A program made the translations under genes and the position numbers. This document shows, piece by piece, positions 1-14,269 of a stretch of 64,000 bases of DNA. Numbering within the stretch: the stretch's first letter is position 1; each line of letters begins with the position of its first letter. This DNA is from Eledone cirrhosa (lineage: Eukaryota). Location of the stretch: NCBI GenBank assembly GCA_964016885.1, contig OZ024741.1, positions 176,266,001 through 176,330,000 of the forward strand. The letters run 5' to 3'. The notes under the pieces are model-generated. The model was not told the DNA's origin and searched no databases. It saw only the letters and a list, made by a program, of their open reading frames with translations.

Positions 1-450
1 CTTGTCTACTTCCCTACAAAATATCCCATCGCGATATGATCTGGGTGACGCTATGGGTGTTGTCCATGTCCACATTTACACATTCGGGAAATCCAGTCGT
101 TATCTGTCAGGCAATTGGTAATGTTTTGAGGCTTTTACACCCACCAAACCTATTTACTAGCCACACATAGTCGCAGGTTGTAGTAGTGAAATTAATATCA
201 ATGATATTGTATTTATAGTTTTGCGAACAATTTGTGAATATTTTTATATGAGATTTTGCAATACAACATTCGCCTTCGGGCTACTTAGGCGTGTAGACTA
301 TTGATATTTAGTAATGTAGAATAAAACCCAATTACATGAATGTGTATGAATGTGAAAGTGTGTTTGTGCGTGTGTAAGTTTGAATGTATAGAGAAAAGGA
401 AAGTACAACCCCCCCCCCCCCTATATATGTATATATATATATATATATAT

Positions 451-970
451 AAAAGACGTAAAATAAGAAAATATCTTTTAAAAAAAATTTTTTTTTAATT
501 TTTTACTTACTTAAATTTTCACTCCAACTAATTAGTTTCTGCAATGGGATAAAGACAGTTACGTAATCCAACTGGCGAGAATTCATTGCGTCATCAGGGA
601 GTCTATTCTCAGTTAAGTCTCCAGGCAATGCGCGGACACTGGCGGCTCATATAAAAATAATAATAATTCGGTAGATCGAACAGCTTGCGAGGACTGGATT
701 CTATGTACCGAAATTCTCACTGCTTCAAGTCAAATGGCCGATTCTAAAGAATCAATCACGTGACACAGAGGCTAGTTAGAAGGAATGGGATGGTAAGATG
801 ACTGACGCCTACTAACACCCCCAAAAAAATTTTTTTAGAAGTGGTTTTGGCAAGTTTGCTCGACAAATCAGTGATTTGGAGATAAATTTAAGTAAGTAAA
901 AAATTTAAGTAAGTAAAAAATTTTAAACAAATTTTTTTTAAAAGATATTTTCTTATTTTACGTCTTTTAT
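451..970 (-). mobile_element. Non-autonomous HHR-bearing element with ~70-bp inverted termini, next to (TA)n
   Basis: 451-520 is the approximate reverse complement of 880-970 (aaaagacgtaaaataagaaaatatctttt / aaaagatattttcttattttacgtctttt); internal HHR on the minus strand. Confidence 0.75.
521..602 (-). ncRNA. Type I hammerhead ribozyme
   Basis: Minus strand reads ACTCC-CTGATGA-cGCAATG..CATTGCa-GAAA-CTAATTAG-TT-GGAGT: 5-bp stem I, canonical core, palindromic stem III, GUU triplet. Confidence 0.8.
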
Positions 971-1087
971 ATTATTGTTCTGCATTCTCCTGCATTGAAC
1001 CACCTATGTACTATGACATAACCTGTGTATTTGCTAGCATGGGCGTGCATCTGTGCGCTTATGTTAGTTGATATATTAAATTATCTA

Positions 1088-1125
<38 letters not shown>

Positions 1126-1127
<2 letters not shown>

Positions 1128-1312
1128 TTATATTTAATTTGTTGGGATACAGAATTGTTGCATTTTTTAAGGGTATGTCAATATTGATTTATAAAACTAA
1201 CCTATATTATATTTTATCTGATGAAAGCGCACCATAGTTTGCCTTGTTGACCCTAGAAATATGTATAATGAAATAAATATGGTTTTATAAATATAGTTTC
1301 CATTTGTTAAAA
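1126..1312 (+). mobile_element. Short dispersed element with a degenerate HHR (1211-1274); a longer copy lies inverted at ~36650-36992
   Basis: ATTTTAT-CTGATGA-aag..cta-GAAA-TATGTA-TA-ATGAAAT; clear reverse-complement similarity to 36650-36800 and 36965-36992. Confidence 0.6.
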
Positions 1313-1329
1313 TATTATATATATATATT

Positions 1330-4300
1330 TATTAAAATAACAGATTAAAGTTTAAGCAAAGAATCGCTGCTTTCTCCCTTAACGGGATCTTCTGAAACTA
1401 ACAAAGTTAATCTGTGAACGCAGAAGTGAATATTTCAAAAAACGTTGCAACCGGAGGAAGACAGGAAGACGATACTTTGGTTCGTGGAAACGTTCCCTGG
1501 CAAAGAACGAGAAAAAACGAATATAATACGTCATTATTTGGAGCGGTGAAAAACAATTACACGCAAAGAGAAAACCACGTTTATTGTATAAAAGAAGTTG
1601 TAGACTAATATTCTATTAGGTGGTTCATAGAGACGTTCTCTGGCAATGAACGAAAAAAACGAAGATAATACGTCATATGTGGATCGGTGAGAACAATAGC
1701 ACGCAAAGACAAAACCACGTAAATGGTATAACTGAAGTTGTAGACTAAAATTGTAACTAGGAAATCGAATGATTCTCGGCTTCAGAGTTAAGAATAAAGT
1801 AAATAAAATACAGAGGTAATCGAAATTAAATAATTACATACACGCATCCATATACACAAGCATACGCGAAAACACTCGCCATAGGTATACAAATACACGC
1901 ACGTACACAAAGAAAAACAAAACCCTCACGCCCATACAGAACCCATGCAACGCCTGTACACGCACGCATACGAATGTATACACCAAATACACATACAAAT
2001 ATATATATTCATCTATATATATGTGTTTGCGTGTATACATATAATTAAATAAACGTATATAAATAAATAAATACGTATATAACAAGCGCACACACATACC
2101 TACATGTAAATACACATTTGTTCGGAGATACTTACGTCAACCAAAACACGAAGTACACATATACACACACCCTACATACGTACGAACCCGCATACTCACA
2201 CAGACGCAAAACTCACGTATACACATAACCAAAAACATATGTACCAGAATATAATATATACGCCAAAACACACAATCAAATATACGTACGAGGAAGTATA
2301 CGTACCTTCACAAAACATACAGGTAATATATACTTACCTATACAAGTAATGGTATATATACAAGTAATGGTATAAACATAACATATACAAATATACCACA
2401 TCAAGACGTAAAATATCCGTGTATAGTTCATACTATCCGTTAGGGTATAATGTGGGGCTGTAATACAGGAAAGTGTTGTGCAATTCATGTTTACAAGCCG
2501 AAATTGCCTCAGATTTTTTGTTTAAGATGTGGTCTTTGGCGTAGAGTATTTCCAGAACATCAACGGCGCAGAGGTCACATGGTCTTTTATTTCCGTTATA
2601 CGATCTAGCCCTAGCTAGGATCTCCCAGTGTAACTTATATTGGGTATGGTTGTCTTTTAGACTCCACATATAAGCTGAAAGTGACGTCATATTCCTTCTT
2701 AAAGGGTAACGAAAAGAATGGGTATTCATGTAAAGACGCTGCTTGAATCTATTGGTGGTTAACCCTATCTAGGCCCTACGGGACGTGGGTGTTTCAAACT
2801 TACATCTGTAGACAATGTTACTAGAGTGGCATTTCCCGGATAGGGGGCAGTCAACCCGATTCCTACAATTACAGTTAGTACTAACTACAGGGTTGCAAGT
2901 GTTCCTACGGCTAGGTAGTTTAGCTAAATTTGAGGTGTGATGTTATGTGCAAGGTTAAGAGTCGTAGAGTAAGACATTTTAATAGTATTTCTATTAAACA
3001 TTTTACTATATTTATGTGTAGGGGGAACATGCTTCGTAATAAGGGAGAGGAAGATCTTAGCTAATGGTGTGGCTACCTCCATAGTATATGTTGGGTTATA
3101 CCATATAATGCGTCGGGATCTATTTCTTCTAGGTCTATTCTCGTACTCTGTATATGCTACCTTATCGACAAATCCACTCCGAGCAAGAGCTTCATTGTAA
3201 TATGTGGAATGGTCGTTGAAAATATGCTCGTTAGTAGATAGACGGGAAAGCCTCAAAGAAAAGTTTCTTACCAGGTTCTTGGTTATGCTGGAAGGATGGT
3301 TAGAAAGCTTACTTTTGTAATTAAGCGTATCATTCGGCTTTCTATACGGGTAATGAAAGCCATTCGATAAATTGAGGGTAACGTCGAGGTAATTAACAAC
3401 CGAGAAGTTGGCCTCAACTTGTATGGAGAGGTTGAAGCCTTTAAAGAAGGCTGTGAGTTCTTTTCTGAACCTGCCGCAAGCACGAGGGCCGCACTTAGTC
3501 ATGGTCAAAAGACCATCGTCACGCTACAAACCACCGCCCACGTTGAGGAATTCTTCCTCGATAGAGAAAAGAAGGAATAGGCCGATAAGATCAGTAACCT
3601 CCGCAGAATCACTGGCGCCCATACTCACGTCCAATGGGGTACTATTGGATTTTTTAATCCAAATAGAGTCGTCGAAATTAATCACCGACTTACGGGCATT
3701 GAGGATGACATCAACTTCGAAATCCTTAACCACTGTGAGTGTTTTAGCGAAATTGATAGCTCTAAGGAGGAGTAGTAATTATTGATGTCGAATTGGATAA
3801 AACGGCAATGTTTCTTGTTGCATATGCCGTTGAACCAATCAATCACCATGAAAGAATTGTTCCACAGTGCAAGAGGGGCAAAACTTCTAATTTCAAGTAT
3901 AATTCTATCAAGAATCCTTTTACTAAGACTACCTAAATCGGAATTCGTAGGGTTAATAAGCCGAATAGAAGGGTTGTTCGGAAAATTGGATGTGTCATCC
4001 TTCAGGGTAAAGTGGGGAGAAATAGGGTCCAGAGGTTCAGTCCGGTCCAGGATGTTGAGATCAGAGGTGGTTTTAAACCCAGCATCGTTGATTTCATTAA
4101 TGACGCTCTGATGAGTTTTACGGTAATCCTTAGTTACAGCATTATATAGCAGTTTATGGTAAGTATTGCGCTCCACTTGATATAGATTGCCAGTTTTGTC
4201 GGAATGGACGTGCACGGCATTAGAATCCTTAATATAATGAATTCTATTCTTCAGGTTCTGCTGGAAGGAATTGCTCCTATTCCGAAATGTTATACTCCGT

Positions 4301-4380
4301 ATGAATTCCAAGACATCATTTTAGAAGGGTAGCAATGCTGAGTTATTCGGAGGGTTATTATAGGTTTTAAACCCAAATGG
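1330..4380 (-). mobile_element. Penelope-like element, 5'-truncated and disrupted (RT, Cys-rich linker, GIY-YIG, 3' UTR)
   Basis: Minus ORF pieces: QFDINNYY (RT motif A), MGASDSAEV (motif B), RDDGL, YLDVTLNL..YRKPN, RRIIWYNP, C-terminal CDLC..LNKKSE..ACKH; ~120-bp duplication in the 3' UTR (1490-1608 / 1632-1748). Confidence 0.9.
1349..1399 (-). ncRNA. HHR-like motif with CAGAAGA core at the PLE 3' terminus
   Basis: AGTTT-CAGAAGA-TCCC gttaa GGGA-GAAA-GCA..TGC-TT-AAACT; related copies at ~18288-18338, ~24030-24080 and 63275-63420. Confidence 0.55.
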
Positions 4381-4384
4381 AATA

Positions 4385-4520
4385 GCCTAGCCTGCTCATG
4401 AAATTAACGTGTGAATGGCTGAGCCTTCCACAGACAGATGCAACTTGTAACTTGGTTCTCAGGGAAATTCAAAGTCATACAATATATGACAAGGTCAGTT
4501 CATTGAATTGAATTCAATTT
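4385..4520 (-). mobile_element. SINE fragment (second family)
   Basis: Reverse-complement similarity to 58060-58130 (tgtctgtggaa..cagcca..ttaatttcat.agcag). Confidence 0.55.
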
Positions 4521-4878
4521 TGCTAGCGGAGTAGACGGGGGGAACGTAAAAGATGTGTCTTGCGTAGAGTGACAACGTGTCGCTTGGTCCGAGAATCGAG
4601 GAAGCAAATTCTCAACGTGTTCCTCTCTTACTCTCTCTCTCTCTCTCTCATACACACAGAGACAGGCACACGCTCACATACACACACATATGTATATACA
4701 TACACATACTCACACACACATATGTATATATATATGTACACACATATAAGTATATATGTATATATATATGTATGTATATATGTATATATATATACATATA
4801 TATATATATGTATACATATATATATATATATATATAATTTTTTATATATACATACATACATACATACATATATATATA

Positions 4879-4913
<35 letters not shown>

Positions 4914-4982
4914 TATGAAGAGAGAAGAAACATTTAGATATAATTAGTAATAAAATGTATCATACCTAAACTGCTCCTAAAT

Positions 4983-5070
4983 TCCTCGACTACGTAGTTT
5001 CGTGGCATAAACAAAAACAATATATCAAAGATATAGGGTCCTTGCGAGGTCTGCCGACTTATCAAGAGGA
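4983..5070 (-). ncRNA. Hammerhead ribozyme, U3-A8 core variant (copy 1)
   Basis: TCCTC-TTGATAA-GTcGGCA..TGCCAC-GAAA-CTACGTAG-TC-GAGGA. Confidence 0.85.
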
Positions 5071-5572
5071 TACCTCATTTTACTAGTCTCAAGAACGCGT
5101 CTACACGACGTGAGAAAGAATCCCAAAAGGCGGAGGGGGAGATAGTCACGCGATATAACGGTCGAGAAACAGAGCTAAGCCTCTTATAACCACGAAGAAA
5201 ATACCACGGAGGCGGAGGGGGTATTCATATCGAGGCCGTAGAAGAGGTAGTGAAGAAGGCGAGAAGTATGAGTAATGGAAGCTTTCCAGTTGTCCCCACA
5301 CTTCAAAGATTGCTCGACCAGAGGGAGTTATTAATATATTTAGAAACACACAGATACATGCGGACACACACATATATACATGAATGCATCCGCACCCAAC
5401 TGTGAGTTAAGGGTGCCAACTTCACCGATGTTGCTCAATGAATGACTGGGACAGACCAATTCAGTTGAACTAGACTGAACCAGTATCAGAGTTAAAAATA
5501 CATTATGAAGAGAGAAGAAACATTTAGATATAATTAGTAATAAAATGTATCATACCTAAACTGCTCCTAAAT

Positions 5573-5660
5573 TCCTCGACTACGTAGTTTCGTGGCATAA
5601 ACAAAAACAATATATCAAAGATATAGGGTCCTTGCGAGGTCTGCCGACTTATCAAGAGGA
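5573..5660 (-). ncRNA. Hammerhead ribozyme, U3-A8 variant (copy 2)
   Basis: Same sequence as copy 1, shifted by 590 bp. Confidence 0.85.
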
Positions 5661-6162
5661 TACCTCATTTTACTAGTCTCAAGAACGCGTCTACACGACG
5701 TGAGAAAGAATCCCAAAAGGCGGAGGGGGAGATAGTCACGCGATATAACGGTCGAGAAACAGAGCTAAGCCTCTTATAACCACGAAGAAAATACCACGGA
5801 GGCGGAGGGGGTATTCATATCGAGGCCGTAGAAGAGGTAGTGAAGAAGGCGAGAAGTATGAGTAATGGAAGCTTTCCAGTTGTCCCCACACTTCAAAGAT
5901 TGCTCGACCAGAGGGAGTTATTAATATATTTAGAAACACACAGATACATGCGGACACACACATATATACATGAATGCATCCGCACCCAACTGTGAGTTAA
6001 GGGTGCCAACTTCACCGATGTTGCTCAATGAATGACTGGGACAGACCAATTCAGTTGAACTAGACTGAACCAGTATCAGAGTTAAAAATACATTATGAAG
6101 AGAGAAGAAACATTTAGATATAATTAGTAATAAAATGTATCATACCTAAACTGCTCCTAAAT

Positions 6163-6250
6163 TCCTCGACTACGTAGTTTCGTGGCATAAACAAAAACAA
6201 TATATCAAAGATATAGGGTCCTTGCGAGGTCTGCCGACTTATCAAGAGGA
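6163..6250 (-). ncRNA. Hammerhead ribozyme, U3-A8 variant (copy 3)
   Basis: Same sequence as copy 1, shifted by 1180 bp. Confidence 0.85.
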
Positions 6251-6731
6251 TACCTCATTTTACTAGTCTCAAGAACGCGTCTACACGACGTGAGAAAGAA
6301 TCCCAAAAGGCGGAGGGGGAGATAGTCACGCGATATAACGGTCGAGAAACAGAGCTAAGCCTCTTATAACCACGAAGAAAATACCACGGAGGCGGAGGGG
6401 GTATTCATATCGAGGCCGTAGAAGAGGTAGTGAAGAAGGCGAGAAGTATGAGTAATGGAAGCTTTCCAGTTGTCCCCACACTTCAAAGATTGCTCGACCA
6501 GAGGGAGTTATTAATATATTTAGAAACACACAGATACATGCGGACACACACATATATATATATCGGCCTCGATATGAATACCCCCTCCGCCTCCGTGGTA
6601 TTTTCTTCGTGGTTATAAGAGGCTTAGCTCTGTTTCTCGACCGTTATATCGCGTGACTATCTCCCCCTCCGCCTTTTGGGATTCTTTCTCACGTCGTGTA
6701 GACGCGTTCTTGAGACTAGTAAAATGAGGTA

Positions 6732-6819
6732 TCCTCTTGATAAGTCGGCAGACCTCGCAAGGACCCTATATCTTTGATATATTGTTTTTGTTTATGCCAC
6801 GAAACTACGTAGTCGAGGA
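6732..6819 (+). ncRNA. Hammerhead ribozyme, U3-A8 variant (copy 4)
   Basis: tcctc ttgataa gtcggca...tgccac gaaa ctacgtag tc gagga read directly on the plus strand. Confidence 0.85.
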
Positions 6820-7321
6820 ATTTAGGAGCAGTTTAGGTATGATACATTTTATTACTAATTATATCTAAATGTTTCTTCTCTCTTCATAATGTATTTTTAA
6901 CTCTGATACTGGTTCAGTCTAGTTCAACTGAATTGGTCTGTCCCAGTCATTCATTGAGCAACATCGGTGAAGTTGGCACCCTTAACTCACAGTTGGGTGC
7001 GGATGCATTCATGTATATATGTGTGTGTCCGCATGTATCTGTGTGTTTCTAAATATATTAATAACTCCCTCTGGTCGAGCAATCTTTGAAGTGTGGGGAC
7101 AACTGGAAAGCTTCCATTACTCATACTTCTCGCCTTCTTCACTACCTCTTCTACGGCCTCGATATGAATACCCCCTCCGCCTCCGTGGTATTTTCTTCGT
7201 GGTTATAAGAGGCTTAGCTCTGTTTCTCGACCGTTATATCGCGTGACTATCTCCCCCTCCGCCTTTTGGGATTCTTTCTCACGTCGTGTAGACGCGTTCT
7301 TGAGACTAGTAAAATGAGGTA

Positions 7322-7409
7322 TCCTCTTGATAAGTCGGCAGACCTCGCAAGGACCCTATATCTTTGATATATTGTTTTTGTTTATGCCACGAAACTACGT
7401 AGTCGAGGA
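7322..7409 (+). ncRNA. Hammerhead ribozyme, U3-A8 variant (copy 5)
   Basis: Same sequence as copy 4, shifted by 590 bp. Confidence 0.85.
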
Positions 7410-7639
7410 ATTTAGGAGCAGTTTAGGTATGATACATTTTATTACTAATTATATCTAAATGTTTCTTCTCTCTTCATAATGTATTTTTAACTCTGATACT
7501 GGTTCAGTCTAGTTCAACTGAATTGGTCTGTCCCAGTCATTCATTGAGCAACATCGGTGAAGTTGGCACCCTTAACTCACAGTTGGGTGCGGATGCATTC
7601 ATGTATATATGTGTGTGTCCGCATGTATCTGTGTGTTTC

Positions 7640-7740
<101 letters not shown>

Positions 7741-8289
7741 AATTGTGTTTGCCTACGCATCTACAAAATTTGATGATTTCGAATGGATGGATATTGATCT
7801 TGGCTGGCTTTAAATTAACTTTGTAAGAGTACTATGATATAATATCTATTCTAATCTAACGTTGTTAATTGTGTGTATGACGGATACTTCTTGTCTCGGA
7901 GAACATAAAAGAAAATTAAAAAACAAAATCTGAAATGAGATTTTATTTCAATTTCTATGATATATCCCATATCGTATAGACATTGACACATCTCACTAGG
8001 TGTCATATTAACCAGCATTTTTCAATGGCTACTCTGTCTCTGGAACATTTATACAGCCTGCGAGTAAATTTAATTAAAGGCACTAATAGAATCAAGTTAA
8101 ATAATAGAAAATAGATTACATTGCTGGTCTGTGATAAACTGGAATCACGCAATGGTCATTGTGTATTGGCGAAAATTTCAGAAAGACAATGCAAAGCAGC
8201 AGGAAAATTCGACTTCAGCTAGTTGTACCAAACACAAAAGCGACACTACCTACACAAATAACTGTAACTTCAACACTACCTACAACATA

Positions 8290-8450
8290 AAGGCTACCCT
8301 CCACCACAACCACCAACACCACCACCAGCATCACCACCATAGGTCCATCTCCACAATCAGCATTAAAACTGCAAACGTTTGCAACAGTATCATCACTAAA
8401 CGTAACAGTAGTTTTTCATTACACCCCCATCATCACAAACACCACCACTG

Positions 8451-8508
<58 letters not shown>

Positions 8509-8570
8509 CTCAAAGAACAACCCAAACAACAACTCAAACAACAAGAACACCTCGACCATCATAACAACTA
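8290..8570. repeat. (CAA)n and (CAC)n low-complexity tract
   Basis: Pure (CAA)n at ~8451-8509 within degenerate CAN repeats. Confidence 0.9.
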
Positions 8571-9389
8571 GTTGTGTTTATGAAAGCATCACTAAAGACA
8601 TGTCCACCATCATCAGCACCACCAGCTGTCATGATATCACTATATTGCCAAGAATGCCATAATTACTTTGATAACGTATAAACCGAACTACCTCCACCAA
8701 TGCCATCACTATAATTACACGAGGTAAATTAGTTGGAGGTGGAGGATACACGTTCGGACGTCGCACATATTCATATATACTCAACCCCTCGCATAATAAT
8801 TGTCTAACTATCAACATTGAATTTTATCTATATTCTAATAGAAAATATTCAACAAGAAAACTAGCACATATCTAGTTATGAAATATTTATGCTGTCGATC
8901 AACATTTTAGAAATCACATTGCACTGTCTTGCATTGGAGAGTATCGTCTGTAGAGTAAAAAAAAGCCAGATAAGATATAAGCGTGAAGCCTGGAATGATC
9001 TTGAACACACGTTGACTCGATGAAGACTTACCTGGAGATTGTGTGAAATAGGAAAAATATGTATATGTTTATAAAACATAAATAAAATTGTTTCTGAGCT
9101 TGTATTAATATACATAAAACCGAGCTCAGCAGTGTTAGCATGTAAGACAAAAGTCACCATAGATTTCAGTTCAGTACTTTTTAGTTTCAGAATTCGTTAA
9201 CTTGACTTCTCTCCCTCTGACGTCTCTAAATAAAGCTTCAGCCGATGTAATCAAATCCTCCAACCTTTGTATTGCTTGACTGAACGTAAATTAGAAACTG
9301 GTATTTGATTGGAAAATATTTTCCATCTCCAGGAATAATTTAGCGGATACACAGTGATAATTTAAATTGACAGGATTGCATATATATGC

Positions 9390-9415
<26 letters not shown>

Positions 9416-9420
<5 letters not shown>

Positions 9421-9773
9421 GTAAACAGAAATAAGAACACAATCGGTGCACAAGTATAGCTCATTTTATAAAACGTTTTTTTGTCTATTTTAGGTAGACG
9501 CGCTCCAGCATCCACTTTTCTAAAGAATAAATCATACACAAAACGCCAGCACCAACATATTTGCAAGAGATTTCAACATGAATGGACCTGTTATTTTTAT
9601 CTAAAGACATTTTTCTCCAATTCCAACCCACCGGTCCCCTCAATCTATCTTATTTCTTATTCCTTCTGCTGATGAAGAAACGTTAAGACCCTCTTCCTGC
9701 TATATCAAGCGTTAACCTAATATATCCTTTCCATATACTCAACCGATTGTGTTGTTATTTATGTTTACCTTTT
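9416..9773. mobile_element. Short element with ~33-bp inverted termini in (TA)n
   Basis: aaaaggtaaacagaaataagaacacaatcggt / accgattgtgttgttatttatgtttacctttt; internal ctgatgaagaaacgtt may be a broken HHR. Confidence 0.6.
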
Positions 9774-10039
9774 ACATACATATATATATATATATCAACG
9801 CTTACGTGGACCTCTCAAAATCCGTTGGATTTTCTAATTGGATTTTCATCCCGAAACTGGATACCAACCCGGAGTACACCTGGACTTCCACCAGGAAATA
9901 TTTTGTATCATTGAAACTTTCTTTGTTTCTTGCATTTAAATATTCCACGACTCTCTACCATTTTTCCTCTACTACAATCTTTTTACACCACCCTCTTCTC
10001 ATCACCCGTCTATTTTTCACTCCCACCCCAGTACCTTCA

Positions 10040-10320
10040 ATATGCCCAATCTCAAATGTTTTCTCTGCCAGATTCTTTCTCCTCTCAAGCGCCTCCTCCA
10101 ACCTCTCCCCTCCCTATATACATCCAATCCTCCCTGCCTCTCTCCAGCCTCATCTTCACCAAAAACGATACAACAGTCACATCACATTTTAAGGCGCTGT
10201 CTCCACCATCAGCACCACCTTATTCCCCGCGGATGCCGCCTCAAGTTTCACCCCACCTCTTACTCTGCTCCCACCACTGAACCCATCCTTATCCGCTACG
10301 GAGAGTGGTAGGTCCTGGGA
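10040..10320 (+). pseudogene. N-terminal remnant of a PLE ORF
   Basis: HHILRRCLHHQHHLIPRGCRLKFHP resembles HIHFLNHCLRLHLIPLGFRLDFHP of the PLE ORF at 37326. Confidence 0.55.
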
Positions 10321-10749
10321 TATGGTGACTACAGTGCAGGGACGTGAGTGAGTGAAAGAGCCGGAGGCAGAGGGGTTAAGGTGGTTGGGAAATGTGTGTG
10401 GTGAAGATTCAGTGGTGGGGAGAGGAAAGTGGGTGGTAGGTAACGGTATAGAGGAGTTATATATATATGTATATATATGTATATATAGATATATAGATAG
10501 ATAATATACACGGGTGTGTATGATTGTGTATAGAAGATTATATTAATAAAAGGAATTCCAACTTTGTCTGATTTACTCGTTTTATTTACAATCCTTTAAC
10601 ATTTATAATGGTATTATAATGAAATAGTATGATAGAATATTAAATGTTAAGTGTTTATTGAACAAGTACTTTCATGCTTTCGCAATCTTCAGGTTCATAA
10701 TGTGTGGTGACAGTCAAGTTTGCAATTTTCAACTGTGTATATATATATA

Positions 10750-10784
<35 letters not shown>

Positions 10785-10804
10785 TATTATATACATATAC
10801 ATAC

Positions 10805-10871
<67 letters not shown>

Positions 10872-11042
10872 AGTAGAATCTTAGTAAAATCGAAGCTTTT
10901 GCTGTGGGCAAGCAAAGTCGACCTACAATAGGAATGAGTTAGCAAAGAACATTGCGGTAGGCAAAACCCAACCAAAGTAACGAAATACCAAAGTAACGAA
11001 AGTACTAACAGGTTAAAAAATACACCTGGACAAATCAAATGA

Positions 11043-11147
11043 TATACGTCTAAAGTGTTTCTATGAATCCGTAATCATTTATCCAACTTCCGTAACACGC
11101 AAGCTCGTGGTATTCCATGATCGAATAGAGGATTCATTTCATCAACA
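11043..11147 (-). ncRNA. Degenerate HHR-like motif
   Basis: TTGATGA-aATGAATCC..GGATTCATa-GAAA-c..cg-TA; 8-bp stem II, weak stems I and III. Confidence 0.45.
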
Positions 11148-11527
11148 AGGATTCCGTTCTGCCTCAAAGCGGAGTGAACAAACAAAACGCTAAGAATGCA
11201 GCCAGCAAACACTTAGTTGTCACGTGGTATTTCCAACACGGGAAGCAAACCCCGGTTTTTGACGGGTAAATACAAAGTGTTAACAAGGGAAATATTATAA
11301 TTTCCGCTCAAACATTCCGAGTAAAAGCTTTCAACCAGATGTTATTAAACAAACATAAATAATTAACCAATCAACAGAATTGTCTAATTAAATTAATTAG
11401 TTAATTATTAAATCTAGGAGAAAATAATACAAGTGGAAATAACAGGAAAGGAATAGTTTTGTTAGTTGAACGAAACGGTCGTAAAAACATTAAGTGGTTC
11501 AATTAAAATCATTGTTAATCTTTCGTT

Positions 11528-13724
<2,197 letters not shown>

Positions 13725-13731
13725 TATATAC

Positions 13732-14182
<451 letters not shown>

Positions 14183-14269
14183 CTTAAAGAACTCCGGATC
14201 CTTTTCCTTTGAGCACATATTTGACAGGGTATATCGAGAGACTATGGGTCCGTTAATTTATCGTTAATT

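Noticed and set aside
5146-7246. Repeated 75-aa ORF in the 590-bp unit
   Set aside because: It starts at GTG, has no recognisable motif, and indels in the 594-bp copies change the frame
8131-8451. His/Thr-rich ORF
   Set aside because: Low-complexity CAN repeats, with no domain or exon support
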